A stretch of DNA of 64,000 nucleotides, from contig CAVRAL010000004.1 of NCBI GenBank assembly GCA_963719085.1, positions 288,001 through 352,000 of the forward strand. The letters are read 5' to 3'. The stretch is from a candidate division FCPU426 bacterium (GTDB lineage Bacteria > Oederibacteriota > Muellerivitia > Muellerivitales > Muellerivitaceae). Shown here in pieces: positions 1 to 9,649 of the stretch. The translations under genes were made by a program, and so were the position numbers. Each line of letters begins with the position of its first letter. Positions within the stretch are counted from its first letter, which is position 1. Under the pieces are notes generated by a model. That model saw only the letters and a list, made by a program, of their open reading frames with translations. It ran no database searches and had not been told where the DNA came from.

Positions 1-20
1 CTCCACAAAAAATTTAAGAC

Positions 21-221
21 TTAGTCGCGGCTGAACTTCATTTGGCGGCGGCGCGCCTTTTTGCGGGCGGCGGCTTCGCGCTTTTTACGGCGCTCGCTGG
101 GCTTCTCGTAAAACTCACGCTTCTTCATTTCCGAGATTAATCCCGAGTTCTGCACGACCTTTTTGAAACGCTTGAGGGCGTTTTCAATGGGTTCGTTTTC
201 TTCCAATCGTACTTCGACCAC
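21..221 (-). CDS. rpsU: 30S ribosomal protein bS21
   Basis: Contains ALKRFKK and REFYEKPSERRKK motifs. GTG start at 221 follows a GAGGGGAG RBS; the ORF-track N-terminal extension is trimmed. Confidence 0.95.
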   Translation of the reverse strand: MVEVRLEENEPIENALKRFKKVVQNSGLISEMKKREFYEKPSERRKKREAAARKKARRRQMKFSRD

Positions 222-480
222 GTGGTCACTCTCCCCTCTATGGGTGGAATAGGAACCGACCAGGCCCAAAGGCCTATCGGGGAAGGGGAGTTTAAACCTT
301 TCGATAGGGCGAGTCAAGCAATGGAAAAAAGGCTTATTTGCACCAGATTTTCATCGTTTAGGGCTTTTCCCACCGCTGGGGGACAAAAGCCAAAAGCATG
401 CTTCGGCTGGGATGTGCGTAGGCAGAAACCAACACCACTCCCTATTGGCCAACCGGAGGCTGGTGTTTAATGACTGGAAT

Positions 481-825
481 TTAACCCGGCGGCCAACCCA
501 TCGGACGTCCGCCCAAAAGATGCAGATGCAGGTGGGAAATGGTCTGGCCGCCGTTGTGCCCGTTGTTAAAAACAAGCCGGAAGCCGTCTTGGGCGATGCC
601 CAACTGAGCGGCGACCTTCACCGCCCGCTCGGTCAGGATGGAAACAATGGGGTCCCCCGAGGGGATGGCCGAAACGGAATCGATGTGCTTTTTAGGAATG
701 ACGAGCGCGTGAACCGGCGCCTGGGGATGGATATCGTGAAGAACCATGACCTCATTGTCTTCGTAGGCCAGGTTGGGTGTTATTTCTTTACGGGCGAATT
801 TGCAAAAAAGGCAGTCGGTTTCCAT
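481..825 (-). CDS. HIT-family (histidine triad) nucleotide-binding protein
   Basis: DCLFCK N-terminus, DIHPQAPVH, HLHLHLLGGR triad and C-terminal WPPG. Confidence 0.93.
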   Translation of the reverse strand: METDCLFCKFARKEITPNLAYEDNEVMVLHDIHPQAPVHALVIPKKHIDSVSAIPSGDPIVSILTERAVKVAAQLGIAQDGFRLVFNNGHNGGQTISHLHLHLLGGRPMGWPPG

Positions 826-910
826 GGTGTCCCTCCTCCAAACTTTCGACTCGTTAACCTTATCTACTATACACCCGGCATCAACCCTAAAAATTAAACC
901 AACAAAAAAA

Positions 911-1048
911 GCTCACGCAAAGACGCTAAGACGCCAAGAAGGGCGAAAATAGGCTGAAGTTTCCGCTGGAATAATTTGGTTACCTTGGCGTCTCAAGCCG
1001 CATTAAACTTAAATAAAATAAACGGGTCCCTTTAGGGATTGCGTGAGC
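911..1048. repeat. Intergenic imperfect palindrome, CGCCAAG-unit type
   Basis: GCTCACGCAAAGACGCTAAGACGCCAAG ... CTTGGCGTCT ... TTGCGTGAGC. Confidence 0.7.
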
Positions 1049-1062
1049 GGTTGGCTTTGGTT

Positions 1063-1689
1063 CTAGTCATTAAATATGTAAGCCGTGATGTCTCCCGGCA
1101 GATACCCCGAAACCATCTTGTAGTTTCCATCCGACCAGGTCTTCACCCGCCGTTCCAGATCCTTGGGATTGGCGTAGAAAAGCTCCGGGTCCCATTCGCC
1201 TTGTTCCGAGGACAGTAGATTGAACGCCAGTCCCTTGCGGGCTAAAGCTTTCGCGCTCCTGACCATCTGCTCCATCCAAGCCCAGTTATCCCGGACCCGG
1301 TGGTTAAAAATCCCGCTGATCAGCACATAGTCCCATTGCTCCCGCGGAGGGGCGGCCAAAATATCCCGGGCCTCGAAACGCGCCTCAGGAAACCGGGCCT
1401 TGGCTTCCCGGGCCATGGCTTTTAAAAGATCAAAGCCCGTATAGTCTCCGCGCCAATTTCTTTCTTGAAGATAACCGTAAAGACAGCCTAGCCCCGAACC
1501 CAGGTCCAGGATTTTTTGGTCTTGAAGGTCGGCGATTTGGGTCAGGGCCTCGAAACGGCTTTCCTGGTTATGACGGGACTGCCAACCCACTCTTTTTTCC
1601 GGAAGGTCATAACGCCTCAGCTTAATGGCGTAAAAGAGCCAAAAATAAAGCCGGTCATAAAGGCTGAAAGGTGACTTTTGAAAGATCAT
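1063..1689 (-). CDS. Class I SAM-dependent methyltransferase
   Basis: ILDLGSGLG motif I, YTGFDL, DYVLISGIFN. Confidence 0.85.
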   Translation of the reverse strand: MIFQKSPFSLYDRLYFWLFYAIKLRRYDLPEKRVGWQSRHNQESRFEALTQIADLQDQKILDLGSGLGCLYGYLQERNWRGDYTGFDLLKAMAREAKARFPEARFEARDILAAPPREQWDYVLISGIFNHRVRDNWAWMEQMVRSAKALARKGLAFNLLSSEQGEWDPELFYANPKDLERRVKTWSDGNYKMVSGYLPGDITAYIFND

Positions 1690-1702
1690 TCCACTCCCTC
1701 AT

Positions 1703-3058
1703 CTAAAAAAGAGCGGTCAATTGGGCGCCTAAAATGATTCCGCTCAAATCCAGGGACAGGGGCTGGGATCCCGCCGGGGGCGTTGTGCCGTCGGGCACAA
1801 AATTGATCGAGGTGGTCGAGCCGCTTCGCTGGGTTTCCAATTGGCCCGAAACGCTGTTGGCCGAGCCCTTGAACCCGTTCAGGTCCGCCAATTGGTACCC
1901 GACAAAAAAGCCCACCAAAGAATTGGGCAGGGGTTTCCATTCCACCCCCAGCTTAAAAAGCGACCCAAAACCGGTGGTGGAAAAATTACCGTTGGCCGGG
2001 ATGAATCCCCAGGGGGTGGAAGTATCCGAATTCACGACCGACAGGCTGGCGAAATAAACATCGGGGTCGGCTTCCACGAAAAGCCTTATCCGGCCCCGGT
2101 CGAATTTGAGGAACCGGGCCTTCAAACTAATTCCCATGTCCCAAATATCGTAATTGATGGTTCCGTTTTCCTGCGGGCTGGTATTGACCGTGGCCGCTGA
2201 AAATCCTCCCAAGAACACACCCCCAAAATTAAGGCCCGCCTCAATTCCATCGGTCACCTCGAGGAACGGATTTACGTCCGCCGCCAAGGCCACCGCGGGG
2301 GCGTTGGCCGAAAGGGAAAACTGGGTCTTCAAACTTTTGGCGTAATCGGAAAAATCCTTAAGCCCGGCGAGCTGGATATCCGTTCCCAGCCGGATGCCCA
2401 CGCCCGTATAGCGGAAAGGCGGCGGGAAAGGCGGATCCGTGTTCAGTTCCTCCTCGACCCAGGCCTGGTCTTCGGGGATCAACCGGTTTTTAATTTGGTC
2501 GGCGGTCGCTTGAACCCGGGCGTCTTTTTTCTTTTTGGCGTAATAAGCGAAGTTAAGCGCCGCGTAAGCCCGGTCCCCGATCAAATACTCGCTATAGGCC
2601 TGGTAATAAAAAGCGGGCAGGTTTTCCGGATCATCCGCCACGGCTTCTTGAAAAGCCTGGCTGGCGTCCTTGTAACGCTTCTCACTGAAGGCGATCCGGC
2701 CCTGGTCAAAGGGGCCGCCCTTGGAATCCAGCTCGAACCGTAATTTCTCCACGAACTGGGCCAGCGGCGGGTTGTTGGGATAAATTTTGAGCGACAGCCG
2801 GTAATCTTCCATGGCTTTGCTCTTATGTCCCCGGGCGTATTCGCAATTGCCCATGCCGGCGAAGGCCCGGTAGGGGTTGGGATCCAGGTTGGCGGCGCCT
2901 TGGTAGGCGTCAAAAGCGTGGTCGTAATCCTTTTGGGAATAAAACGAGGCGGCTTCCTTGTAATAATCGTCGGCGGTTTCAGCGAAAGCGGCCTGAAGCC
3001 CGCAAACGAATAAAAACAAAACGAGCGCCAATCGTTGGAACATCCCCGCGGGCCTCAA
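1703..3058 (-). CDS. Exported TPR protein with probable C-terminal outer-membrane beta-barrel
   Basis: Signal peptide, TPR-like helical repeats, alternating beta-strand C-terminal half and terminal Phe. Paralogous to 6762..8192. Confidence 0.7.
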   Translation of the reverse strand: MRPAGMFQRLALVLFLFVCGLQAAFAETADDYYKEAASFYSQKDYDHAFDAYQGAANLDPNPYRAFAGMGNCEYARGHKSKAMEDYRLSLKIYPNNPPLAQFVEKLRFELDSKGGPFDQGRIAFSEKRYKDASQAFQEAVADDPENLPAFYYQAYSEYLIGDRAYAALNFAYYAKKKKDARVQATADQIKNRLIPEDQAWVEEELNTDPPFPPPFRYTGVGIRLGTDIQLAGLKDFSDYAKSLKTQFSLSANAPAVALAADVNPFLEVTDGIEAGLNFGGVFLGGFSAATVNTSPQENGTINYDIWDMGISLKARFLKFDRGRIRLFVEADPDVYFASLSVVNSDTSTPWGFIPANGNFSTTGFGSLFKLGVEWKPLPNSLVGFFVGYQLADLNGFKGSANSVSGQLETQRSGSTTSINFVPDGTTPPAGSQPLSLDLSGIILGAQLTALF

Positions 3059-4377
3059 GCGGTTTGAACGGAGCCCAAGGCCCGTCCCCCCTGAAAAGAA
3101 TCCACTTGAACGAGCGCTTCCCGGCCCAATTGGCCTTCGGCCCGGGGAAACAGCACGCGCAGGCCCTGGTCGGTTAACCCGGCGGAATGCGTGTGACTGT
3201 TTTTTTCCACCACCATGCTAAAGATTTGGCCCTTAGCCTTTTCCACCGCGGCTTGGATACAGCCGGATTTTAAGGACAGCAGGGCCTTCATTCTTTCACG
3301 CAAAACCGCCGGATGGACCTTGGGCTCCAGCGCTTCCCCGGGGGTTCCCGCCCGGTCCGAATAGGGAAAGGGATGAAAATCGACGAAACCAAATTCCCGG
3401 ATCCGGTCCAAGGTATTTTGAAAAGCCGCGTCCGTCTCGCCCGGAAAACCCGCCAGAATGTCGCCGGTCAATCCCACCCGGGGCGCCGCTTGCCGGACCT
3501 TTTCAACCGTACGCGCGTAAGCTTCCAGCGAATAGGGCCGGCGCATGGCCTTGAGTGTTTCCGGATCCCCGCTTTGAAGCGGCAGATGCAGGTGCGGGCA
3601 AAGACCCGAATCGGCTTTCCACAAGGGCAAAAGGGCGTCCTCGAAATCGGCCACGGCGTAAGACGAAAGCCGGACCCGTTTGATCCCCGGAATTTTCAAA
3701 AGTTTTTCAATGACCGGCGCCAACCGGGGTTCGGCGGCTTTTCGGCCAAGGTCGCGGCCATAGGAAGACAACTGGATCCCCGCCAAGACCAACTCCCGGA
3801 CGCCGTTTTCGGCCAACCGGGCCGCCTCCAAAAGAATATCCACCTCCGGTCTGGAAATCATTTCCCCGCGCACCCGTGGAATGAGGCAGAAGGAACAGCC
3901 GAAATTACAGCCATCCTGAACCTTGATCGTGGCGCGTTGATGGCCGTCAAAACGGGAAATGCCCGATCCCCAAGGCGAGGCGGGCTGCGGCAAGACGGCG
4001 CCCGCGCGGGCAAAACGCGGCGCTTGATGGATGATTTTCTCGAGCATTTGGGTTTTGTCCCGATTGCCCACCACCAGGTCCACGCCCGGCAGGGCTTTGA
4101 CTTCGTCCGGGCGGTCTTGGGCCAAACACCCGGTCACCACCACGAAAGAATCGGGGTTTTCAGCCTTGGCCCGGCGCACCAGCTGCTTGCCCTCGGCGTC
4201 CGCGGCGGAGGTCACCGTGCAGGTGTTGATGACGTAAATGTCCGCGCCGGCGCCAAAAGGCACCAGCTCAAAGGCCGCCCGCTCCATTTGCTCGCGCAAA
4301 ACCTGGGTGTCATATTGGTTGACCCGGCATCCCAGCGTGGTGAAGGCCACTTTGGTTTTAGTTTTCGTTGATTCCAC
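3055..4377 (-). CDS. mtaB: tRNA t6A37 methylthiotransferase MtaB (radical SAM)
   Basis: TLGCRVNQYD, INTCTVT, VTGC, KVQDGCNFGCSFCLIP. GTG start after a GAGGA RBS. Confidence 0.88.
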   Translation of the reverse strand: MESTKTKTKVAFTTLGCRVNQYDTQVLREQMERAAFELVPFGAGADIYVINTCTVTSAADAEGKQLVRRAKAENPDSFVVVTGCLAQDRPDEVKALPGVDLVVGNRDKTQMLEKIIHQAPRFARAGAVLPQPASPWGSGISRFDGHQRATIKVQDGCNFGCSFCLIPRVRGEMISRPEVDILLEAARLAENGVRELVLAGIQLSSYGRDLGRKAAEPRLAPVIEKLLKIPGIKRVRLSSYAVADFEDALLPLWKADSGLCPHLHLPLQSGDPETLKAMRRPYSLEAYARTVEKVRQAAPRVGLTGDILAGFPGETDAAFQNTLDRIREFGFVDFHPFPYSDRAGTPGEALEPKVHPAVLRERMKALLSLKSGCIQAAVEKAKGQIFSMVVEKNSHTHSAGLTDQGLRVLFPRAEGQLGREALVQVDSFQGGRALGSVQTA

Positions 4378-4402
4378 GGTTTTCCTCGAGCTGATTCTAC
4401 CC

Positions 4403-5530
4403 TTAATTGGCCCCCTGGGGGGCGGAGGCTTGATCCAAGTGAATCGGCACGTCAAAAGGCACGGTGGCCAAGAGCCTCAGTGAGTTGGCCCATGAACCGT
4501 CGATCCAGTGGGACCTAAACTCAAAATCAAAACGCGCGTCCCCCTCGATGGCCACGTTTCGCCGGACTCCCAATTCCTCGTAAGAACGCGAGGACCGGTA
4601 GTAGACGCCGTCGGTCCCCACCGAGTCATAATTGGAATCGCCTTCCTTTGAATAATAGTCCCGTCCCATCCAATAGATACCAAAAAATTCCCAAGCGTTG
4701 TCAGGCGAAAAGGATCCTTTCACGTAAAGACCATAGCCCTGCGCGGGGCCCGGATAACCGGTGAGATCGGTGGTTTTGCTGGTCAAACCGTAGATTTCGA
4801 GGAAATTTTTACCCCAGGTTTCGGGATCGGCTTGGAGTTTAATCCCCAAACCCGCCGCCAGGTTGTTCCAAACCGGAACATTAAATTGAGCGCCGCCCGA
4901 ATGGTACCCATGCAATTGCCCTTCCAAAGCCAGGTCGCCCGAAATCGGGAGGATGGCCGATCCGCCATAATCAAAAAGCTCGCTTTGGCCCGGAGCCAAT
5001 AGTTGCTGCCAATCCAGAAAACTGTCCAAGCGGATAAAATCATCCTTTTGAATCCACTGAAAACCGTACTCGATGGGCCGGGTCAACTCCAGCGTGGTGA
5101 CTTCCATGGGCTCAATCAAACCATGGCGGTTGACCGTCTCCAAGGTACCCAGGATGCCTTCCGAAGTGCCCGTGTGGTAGACGAAAGACAAGATCGGCAA
5201 TACGGGAAAGCCCGTCTGTTGGGCCGCGCGGTGGTCGGCGAAAAGCCCCGCCCAAAAAGCCGTGTCGGCGCCCGCGTCCACCTTTAGGAAGGTTTTAAAC
5301 TGCTGGCCCAAAATGGTTTCCCGGATCCGGTAGGGCTCAAAAAATTCCGTGTTGTCGCCGTAAAAAGTAAAGTCCGTGTGCCAGGTGATGTTTTGAGACG
5401 CAGGCGCGGTCCCCAGAGGGGACGAAGTTCCCGCGGGCGGGACCGCCTGCGCGATCGCGAATCCAGGTCCGTTTAAAGTCAAAAGCGATAGGAGCCACCC
5501 GGCGGTCCATTTTAAAATTCTAAAGCGCAT
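4403..5530 (-). CDS. Exported hypothetical protein, probable outer-membrane beta-barrel
   Basis: Signal peptide and aromatic-rich alternating strands. Paralog of 5520..6650 (shared LE.TRP.EYGFQW, DWQQ, EGD.NY.S.GTD, VPFD). Confidence 0.65.
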   Translation of the reverse strand: MRFRILKWTAGWLLSLLTLNGPGFAIAQAVPPAGTSSPLGTAPASQNITWHTDFTFYGDNTEFFEPYRIRETILGQQFKTFLKVDAGADTAFWAGLFADHRAAQQTGFPVLPILSFVYHTGTSEGILGTLETVNRHGLIEPMEVTTLELTRPIEYGFQWIQKDDFIRLDSFLDWQQLLAPGQSELFDYGGSAILPISGDLALEGQLHGYHSGGAQFNVPVWNNLAAGLGIKLQADPETWGKNFLEIYGLTSKTTDLTGYPGPAQGYGLYVKGSFSPDNAWEFFGIYWMGRDYYSKEGDSNYDSVGTDGVYYRSSRSYEELGVRRNVAIEGDARFDFEFRSHWIDGSWANSLRLLATVPFDVPIHLDQASAPQGAN

Positions 5531-6650
5531 CCGGCACCTCGATTCCAGTATTCGTCTGTCCCTGAGCGGCGGCGGGCTCTTTCGGAGGCGTTTGTCCCTT
5601 GAGGGGCAGGTTTAAATCAAAAGGAACACTGGCGGTCAAATGGAAAGCCCAGCCCCAAAACTCGTCGATCCAAGCGGATTTTATCTGGGCGTCCAATTGG
5701 ATGCCGGAGTCAAAAACCAAGTCCTTCTTCAAGCCCGCCTCCACGTAAAGCCGGCTGGAGCGGTAAAAGGACGGGTCGGTTCCTTGGGAATTATAGTTGG
5801 GGTCGCCTTCCTGGGAGAAAAAGTCTTGGGCGTTCCAATAGAGCCCGTAAAGCTCCACCCAGCTTCCCGGCGTGACCGATCCCCTGACATAAAACCCGCG
5901 GCCCCAATCCGGGCCGATATCAAATTTGCCCTCAAAGTCGCTGCTGGCGACGGCGAAAAGATCAAGCCGGCTCTTTCCCAAGAAACCCAGATCTTCCCCG
6001 ATTTTAAAACCCAGCGCGGGATTATAGTTGTTCACCACCCGGATATTGAAGATCCGGCCGCCCTCATGGTAACCGTGGAACTGCATCTGAAGGGAAGCCT
6101 TGGGGCTTAAAGCCGCGGTTAAGACTCCGCCGTAATCAAAAATCTCATCCTGCCCCGGCTGATCCACCTGCTGCCAATCCAGATAAAGATCGGTATTAAA
6201 TCCCTCGTCCTTTTCCAACCACTGAAATCCATATTCCACCGGCCGGGTAATTTCCAAGGTCTCGTTTTCCAGCGGCGCGATAAAACCGTGGCGGTTTTGG
6301 TTTTCAATCGTTCCCATGATCAGGCGGGTCGTGTCCGTGTGGTACTCAAAAGAAAGGATGGGCTTAAACTCAACCGAGGCGTTGTCCTGATTTTGGTCCT
6401 CCACGAAAAAACCCGCCCGGAAGCCCGTGACTTTCCCCGTGGAAGCGGCCAAGAGGGATGAAAATCGCTCGCCCACCAGGCTCAACCCGGAGCGGAAAGG
6501 CCCGGTAAACACCTCGTTGTCGTCGTAAAAGGACAGTTGGCTTTGGAGGATTGGCGTTGGGGTCTGGGCCTGCGCGCGCGCCGCGCTGGAATTTAAAAAA
6601 AAGAGGGTGAAAAGACCGGCGCTCAAAATTAAAACAAAACGGAAAATCAT
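5520..6650 (-). CDS. Exported hypothetical protein, probable outer-membrane beta-barrel
   Basis: Signal peptide; tandem paralog of 4403..5530. Confidence 0.65.
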   Translation of the reverse strand: MIFRFVLILSAGLFTLFFLNSSAARAQAQTPTPILQSQLSFYDDNEVFTGPFRSGLSLVGERFSSLLAASTGKVTGFRAGFFVEDQNQDNASVEFKPILSFEYHTDTTRLIMGTIENQNRHGFIAPLENETLEITRPVEYGFQWLEKDEGFNTDLYLDWQQVDQPGQDEIFDYGGVLTAALSPKASLQMQFHGYHEGGRIFNIRVVNNYNPALGFKIGEDLGFLGKSRLDLFAVASSDFEGKFDIGPDWGRGFYVRGSVTPGSWVELYGLYWNAQDFFSQEGDPNYNSQGTDPSFYRSSRLYVEAGLKKDLVFDSGIQLDAQIKSAWIDEFWGWAFHLTASVPFDLNLPLKGQTPPKEPAAAQGQTNTGIEVPDAL

Positions 6651-6694
6651 GCGATCCCTTTAAGAAACGAACATCGGAAGTTTACGCGGCCAAT

Positions 6695-6722
6695 AAAAAA
6701 CGGGAGCGTTTCCGCTCCCGTT
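6695..6722 (-). terminator. Rho-independent terminator
   Basis: Minus strand AACGGGAGCG-GAAA-CGCTCCCG-TTTTTT, downstream of 6762..8192. Confidence 0.85.
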
Positions 6723-6761
6723 CAAGTGGCTTTAAATTCCTTCGACTTTTAAACTTCTTAA

Positions 6762-8192
6762 TTAAAAGACTAACGAGAGATTCACTCCGGCCGCGATGCC
6801 GCTCAAATCCATCGTCAGAGGCACGTAGCTGCCTCCGGGTTGAGCCGACGCGGAACCTTGGGAGCTGCCCGGGGTGGTCACGTCACCGCTCTTCGTGTCC
6901 ACCTGCAACTTGTTGTTGTTTGAATCCGTGAAGCTCGAGATGTTCAGGTAACGGAAGCCCACATAGGGTCCCAGAAGTATTTCTTTGGACAGTTTGAAAT
7001 CAACTCCCAAATTCACGTGGCCGCCAAAAGCCATTCCATTGAAATTATCGGAAAAGCCGTTGGTGGTAGGCGTATTTTCGAGGGCTTCTTTCGTGAATCC
7101 CAGGCTGACCGGCGATAATTCGCCGCCTGCCTCAATGTAGGGCACCGTATCCGAGTCCCCTAAATCAAGCCGGAAACCCAATCCCAAGTTCACCATGCTG
7201 ATGTTGTAGGTGTATTGATAGTCGTTGGTATTATCGTATATGTCGAACCATTGGTAGGTCAGGGTTCCCGCCGGCAAATAGGCGAATTCCAAGTTGACCT
7301 CGAAGTTCGGGCTGAATTGATAGTAGGGTTCAAAACCAATCGCCGCGGTCCAGGCGGGAGTTTGACCCGAAATGGAAACTCCGGTTGCCCCGCCGGGGGT
7401 TCCCGGCACCAAGCCGACCTTGGCCCCATCCTCAATCTGGCTCGGATTCGAAAGTATATTGTAAGCGCCGCCCTCGATATGAAAACCAAACCCCGGCGTA
7501 AAGCGGGGCGCGCCGCCGCCCACCATCTCCCCTTGGGAGGATTTACCCAGTTGGTCGCTCACCCACTGTTGATCATCGGAGTTCAAAGAAGCCTTATACC
7601 GGTAAGCCATGGTTTGGATCGAAGCGTTCGGGTATTTCTGATTGGCCAGGCCAAAATAAAGGGCCGCGTTTTTGTTGTCCTGGAGCATGGCGGAGGCGTA
7701 GCCCGCGTAGTAGTAAGGCTTATAGTCGTTGGGCGTATCCTGGATCGCCTGTTGGAAGAACGGCAGGGAGTCGGCGTATTGCCGCTGCTTCATGAGCGAC
7801 AAGCCCTGTTGCAGGGCCGTGGGAGTCACCACCGCGTTCGGCGAGGCTTGGCCGAGTTGAGTCTGAAGATTTTGCACGAATTGGGATAACTGGGCGTTGC
7901 TGGGATTCAAAGCCAAGGCTCTTTGATAGAAAGCCAGGGCGTCCGAGCGGCGGCCCAAAGCGTAAAAGCAATTGCCCAAACCCTGATAAGCCGGCGAGTA
8001 ATTGGGATCGATCTTGGTGGCGGCGCTGTAATACTGCGCGGCTTGAGCGTAATTGCGGGCCCCGTAAAGCTGGTTTCCAGCGGCGTAATATTGCGCGGCG
8101 GAAGCGGCTTGAGCTTGGGAAGGCCGCGGATGGCCAAGCGTGAATAACGTCAACCCGGCTAAGAACCATGCCCCCAATTTCAACCCGTGCAT
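6762..8192 (-). CDS. Exported TPR protein with probable C-terminal outer-membrane beta-barrel
   Basis: GGAGG RBS before the ATG at 8192, signal peptide, TPRs (AYQGLGNCFYALG), beta-rich C-terminus ending in Phe. Confidence 0.72.
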   Translation of the reverse strand: MHGLKLGAWFLAGLTLFTLGHPRPSQAQAASAAQYYAAGNQLYGARNYAQAAQYYSAATKIDPNYSPAYQGLGNCFYALGRRSDALAFYQRALALNPSNAQLSQFVQNLQTQLGQASPNAVVTPTALQQGLSLMKQRQYADSLPFFQQAIQDTPNDYKPYYYAGYASAMLQDNKNAALYFGLANQKYPNASIQTMAYRYKASLNSDDQQWVSDQLGKSSQGEMVGGGAPRFTPGFGFHIEGGAYNILSNPSQIEDGAKVGLVPGTPGGATGVSISGQTPAWTAAIGFEPYYQFSPNFEVNLEFAYLPAGTLTYQWFDIYDNTNDYQYTYNISMVNLGLGFRLDLGDSDTVPYIEAGGELSPVSLGFTKEALENTPTTNGFSDNFNGMAFGGHVNLGVDFKLSKEILLGPYVGFRYLNISSFTDSNNNKLQVDTKSGDVTTPGSSQGSASAQPGGSYVPLTMDLSGIAAGVNLSLVF

Positions 8193-8386
8193 TGACGCCT
8201 CCGAAGTTCTAAGAAAGTGAAAGAATCTCAGACAAAAAATCGTTTTTTGTTTTTGACGAATTCCGCCATTATAAATTGAATTCAAATACCGTCTAGGAAA
8301 AACGGCCTCTCGAAGGCCTCTTTTTCCAAGGTTTTTAACGGCCAACCATCCTTAGAGCGCCTTGAAAAGCCCCCCACCGCCCCTAG

Positions 8387-9592
8387 TTAAACCAACCCTT
8401 GAGTCGAGACCACCGGAGCCACTTCGCGCGCGCCTTCCTGCGGTTCATAAATATAAACCTGCGCGTTAATATTCACCTTCTTTTTATACTCGGCGCGAAC
8501 TTGGTCGGCGAAGGCCTGCGTCTGATCCCCCTTGACGAGACAAACCAAATGACCACCCCAGCCGATGCCGGCCATGCGGGCCCCCAAGCAGCCCGGAAGG
8601 TTTTGCGTGATATTCCACAAAATATCAATTTCCCCGCAGGTCACCTTTAACTTGTCCGCTAAGGACGCGTGGGAGTCGTTCAAAAGCTGCCCAAAGCCTT
8701 CATAATCGCCCCGGGTCAAAATTTCCTTGGCCCGCCTCACCCTTTGATTCTCATAAACCACATGGTCCAGGCGTTTGCGCAAAATGATGTCCACCTTCTT
8801 GCGCGCGTCCTCATAGGCTTCCCCGCTCACGTCCCTTAAAGAAATGACCTTGGGAACATATTTGCGGATCTCGGTGAGCAATTGACCGAAAAGTTCCAGG
8901 CGCTTTTTAAACTCGTCTTCCCGTTCTTTTTTCTTCACCCCGCTGTCCACGATGACCAGCTTGTAGGCCTTGGAATCAAAGGGCATGTACTCGGGTTTGA
9001 AACTGCGCGAGTCCAGCATGACCAATTGGTCTTTTTTCGACATCTTGGCGGCAAAGGGCGAGAAATAATCGCCCCGGGCCCCGATGAACTGGGTTTCCAC
9101 CCTTTGGCAAAGCTTGACCAAAGTGGTGTCGTCCAAGGGGTTGGTGCCCAGGATATTGCAGGCCACGCCGGTGGCCGTCTCGATAGCCGCCGAGACGCCC
9201 AGTCCGATATTTTCCGGGATGTCGCTGACGATGACCATTTGGATGCCCTCGAACTTGCGGCCCGTGCGCTCGTAAAAATATAGCACGCCCTTGGGGAAGT
9301 TGGCCCAGCCGTCCTGACGGTCAAAGCGGAGCGTGGCCAGGTTGATCTTGATTTTCTCGTCATAGCTCAGGGAATGGATGACCGCTTGACGGTCGTTACG
9401 GCGCTGGGCCGCGATCACCACCGAGTGGGATCCGGCCGCCACCAAACTGAAGCCGTCCACGGCTTCGGTATATTCGCCGCCCAAAAGGGTGATCCGGCTT
9501 GGCGCGGTCACCAGGGTCACGTGTTTTCCCACATCGCCGAATTGGTGATGAAAGGTGCTTTGGGCTTTTTTGATCAAATCTTCGAGGGCCAT
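8387..9592 (-). CDS. Galactokinase-like GHMP kinase with divergent active-site motifs
   Basis: APSRITLLGGEYT, WANFPKGV, IPENIGLGVSAA, GARMAGIGWGG. Confidence 0.8.
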   Translation of the reverse strand: MALEDLIKKAQSTFHHQFGDVGKHVTLVTAPSRITLLGGEYTEAVDGFSLVAAGSHSVVIAAQRRNDRQAVIHSLSYDEKIKINLATLRFDRQDGWANFPKGVLYFYERTGRKFEGIQMVIVSDIPENIGLGVSAAIETATGVACNILGTNPLDDTTLVKLCQRVETQFIGARGDYFSPFAAKMSKKDQLVMLDSRSFKPEYMPFDSKAYKLVIVDSGVKKKEREDEFKKRLELFGQLLTEIRKYVPKVISLRDVSGEAYEDARKKVDIILRKRLDHVVYENQRVRRAKEILTRGDYEGFGQLLNDSHASLADKLKVTCGEIDILWNITQNLPGCLGARMAGIGWGGHLVCLVKGDQTQAFADQVRAEYKKKVNINAQVYIYEPQEGAREVAPVVSTQGLV

Positions 9593-9649
9593 GAAACGCT
9601 CCTAAATTATTTTTTTCAAGAACCAGACAAGAGCGTGGGCCTTCCGGTT

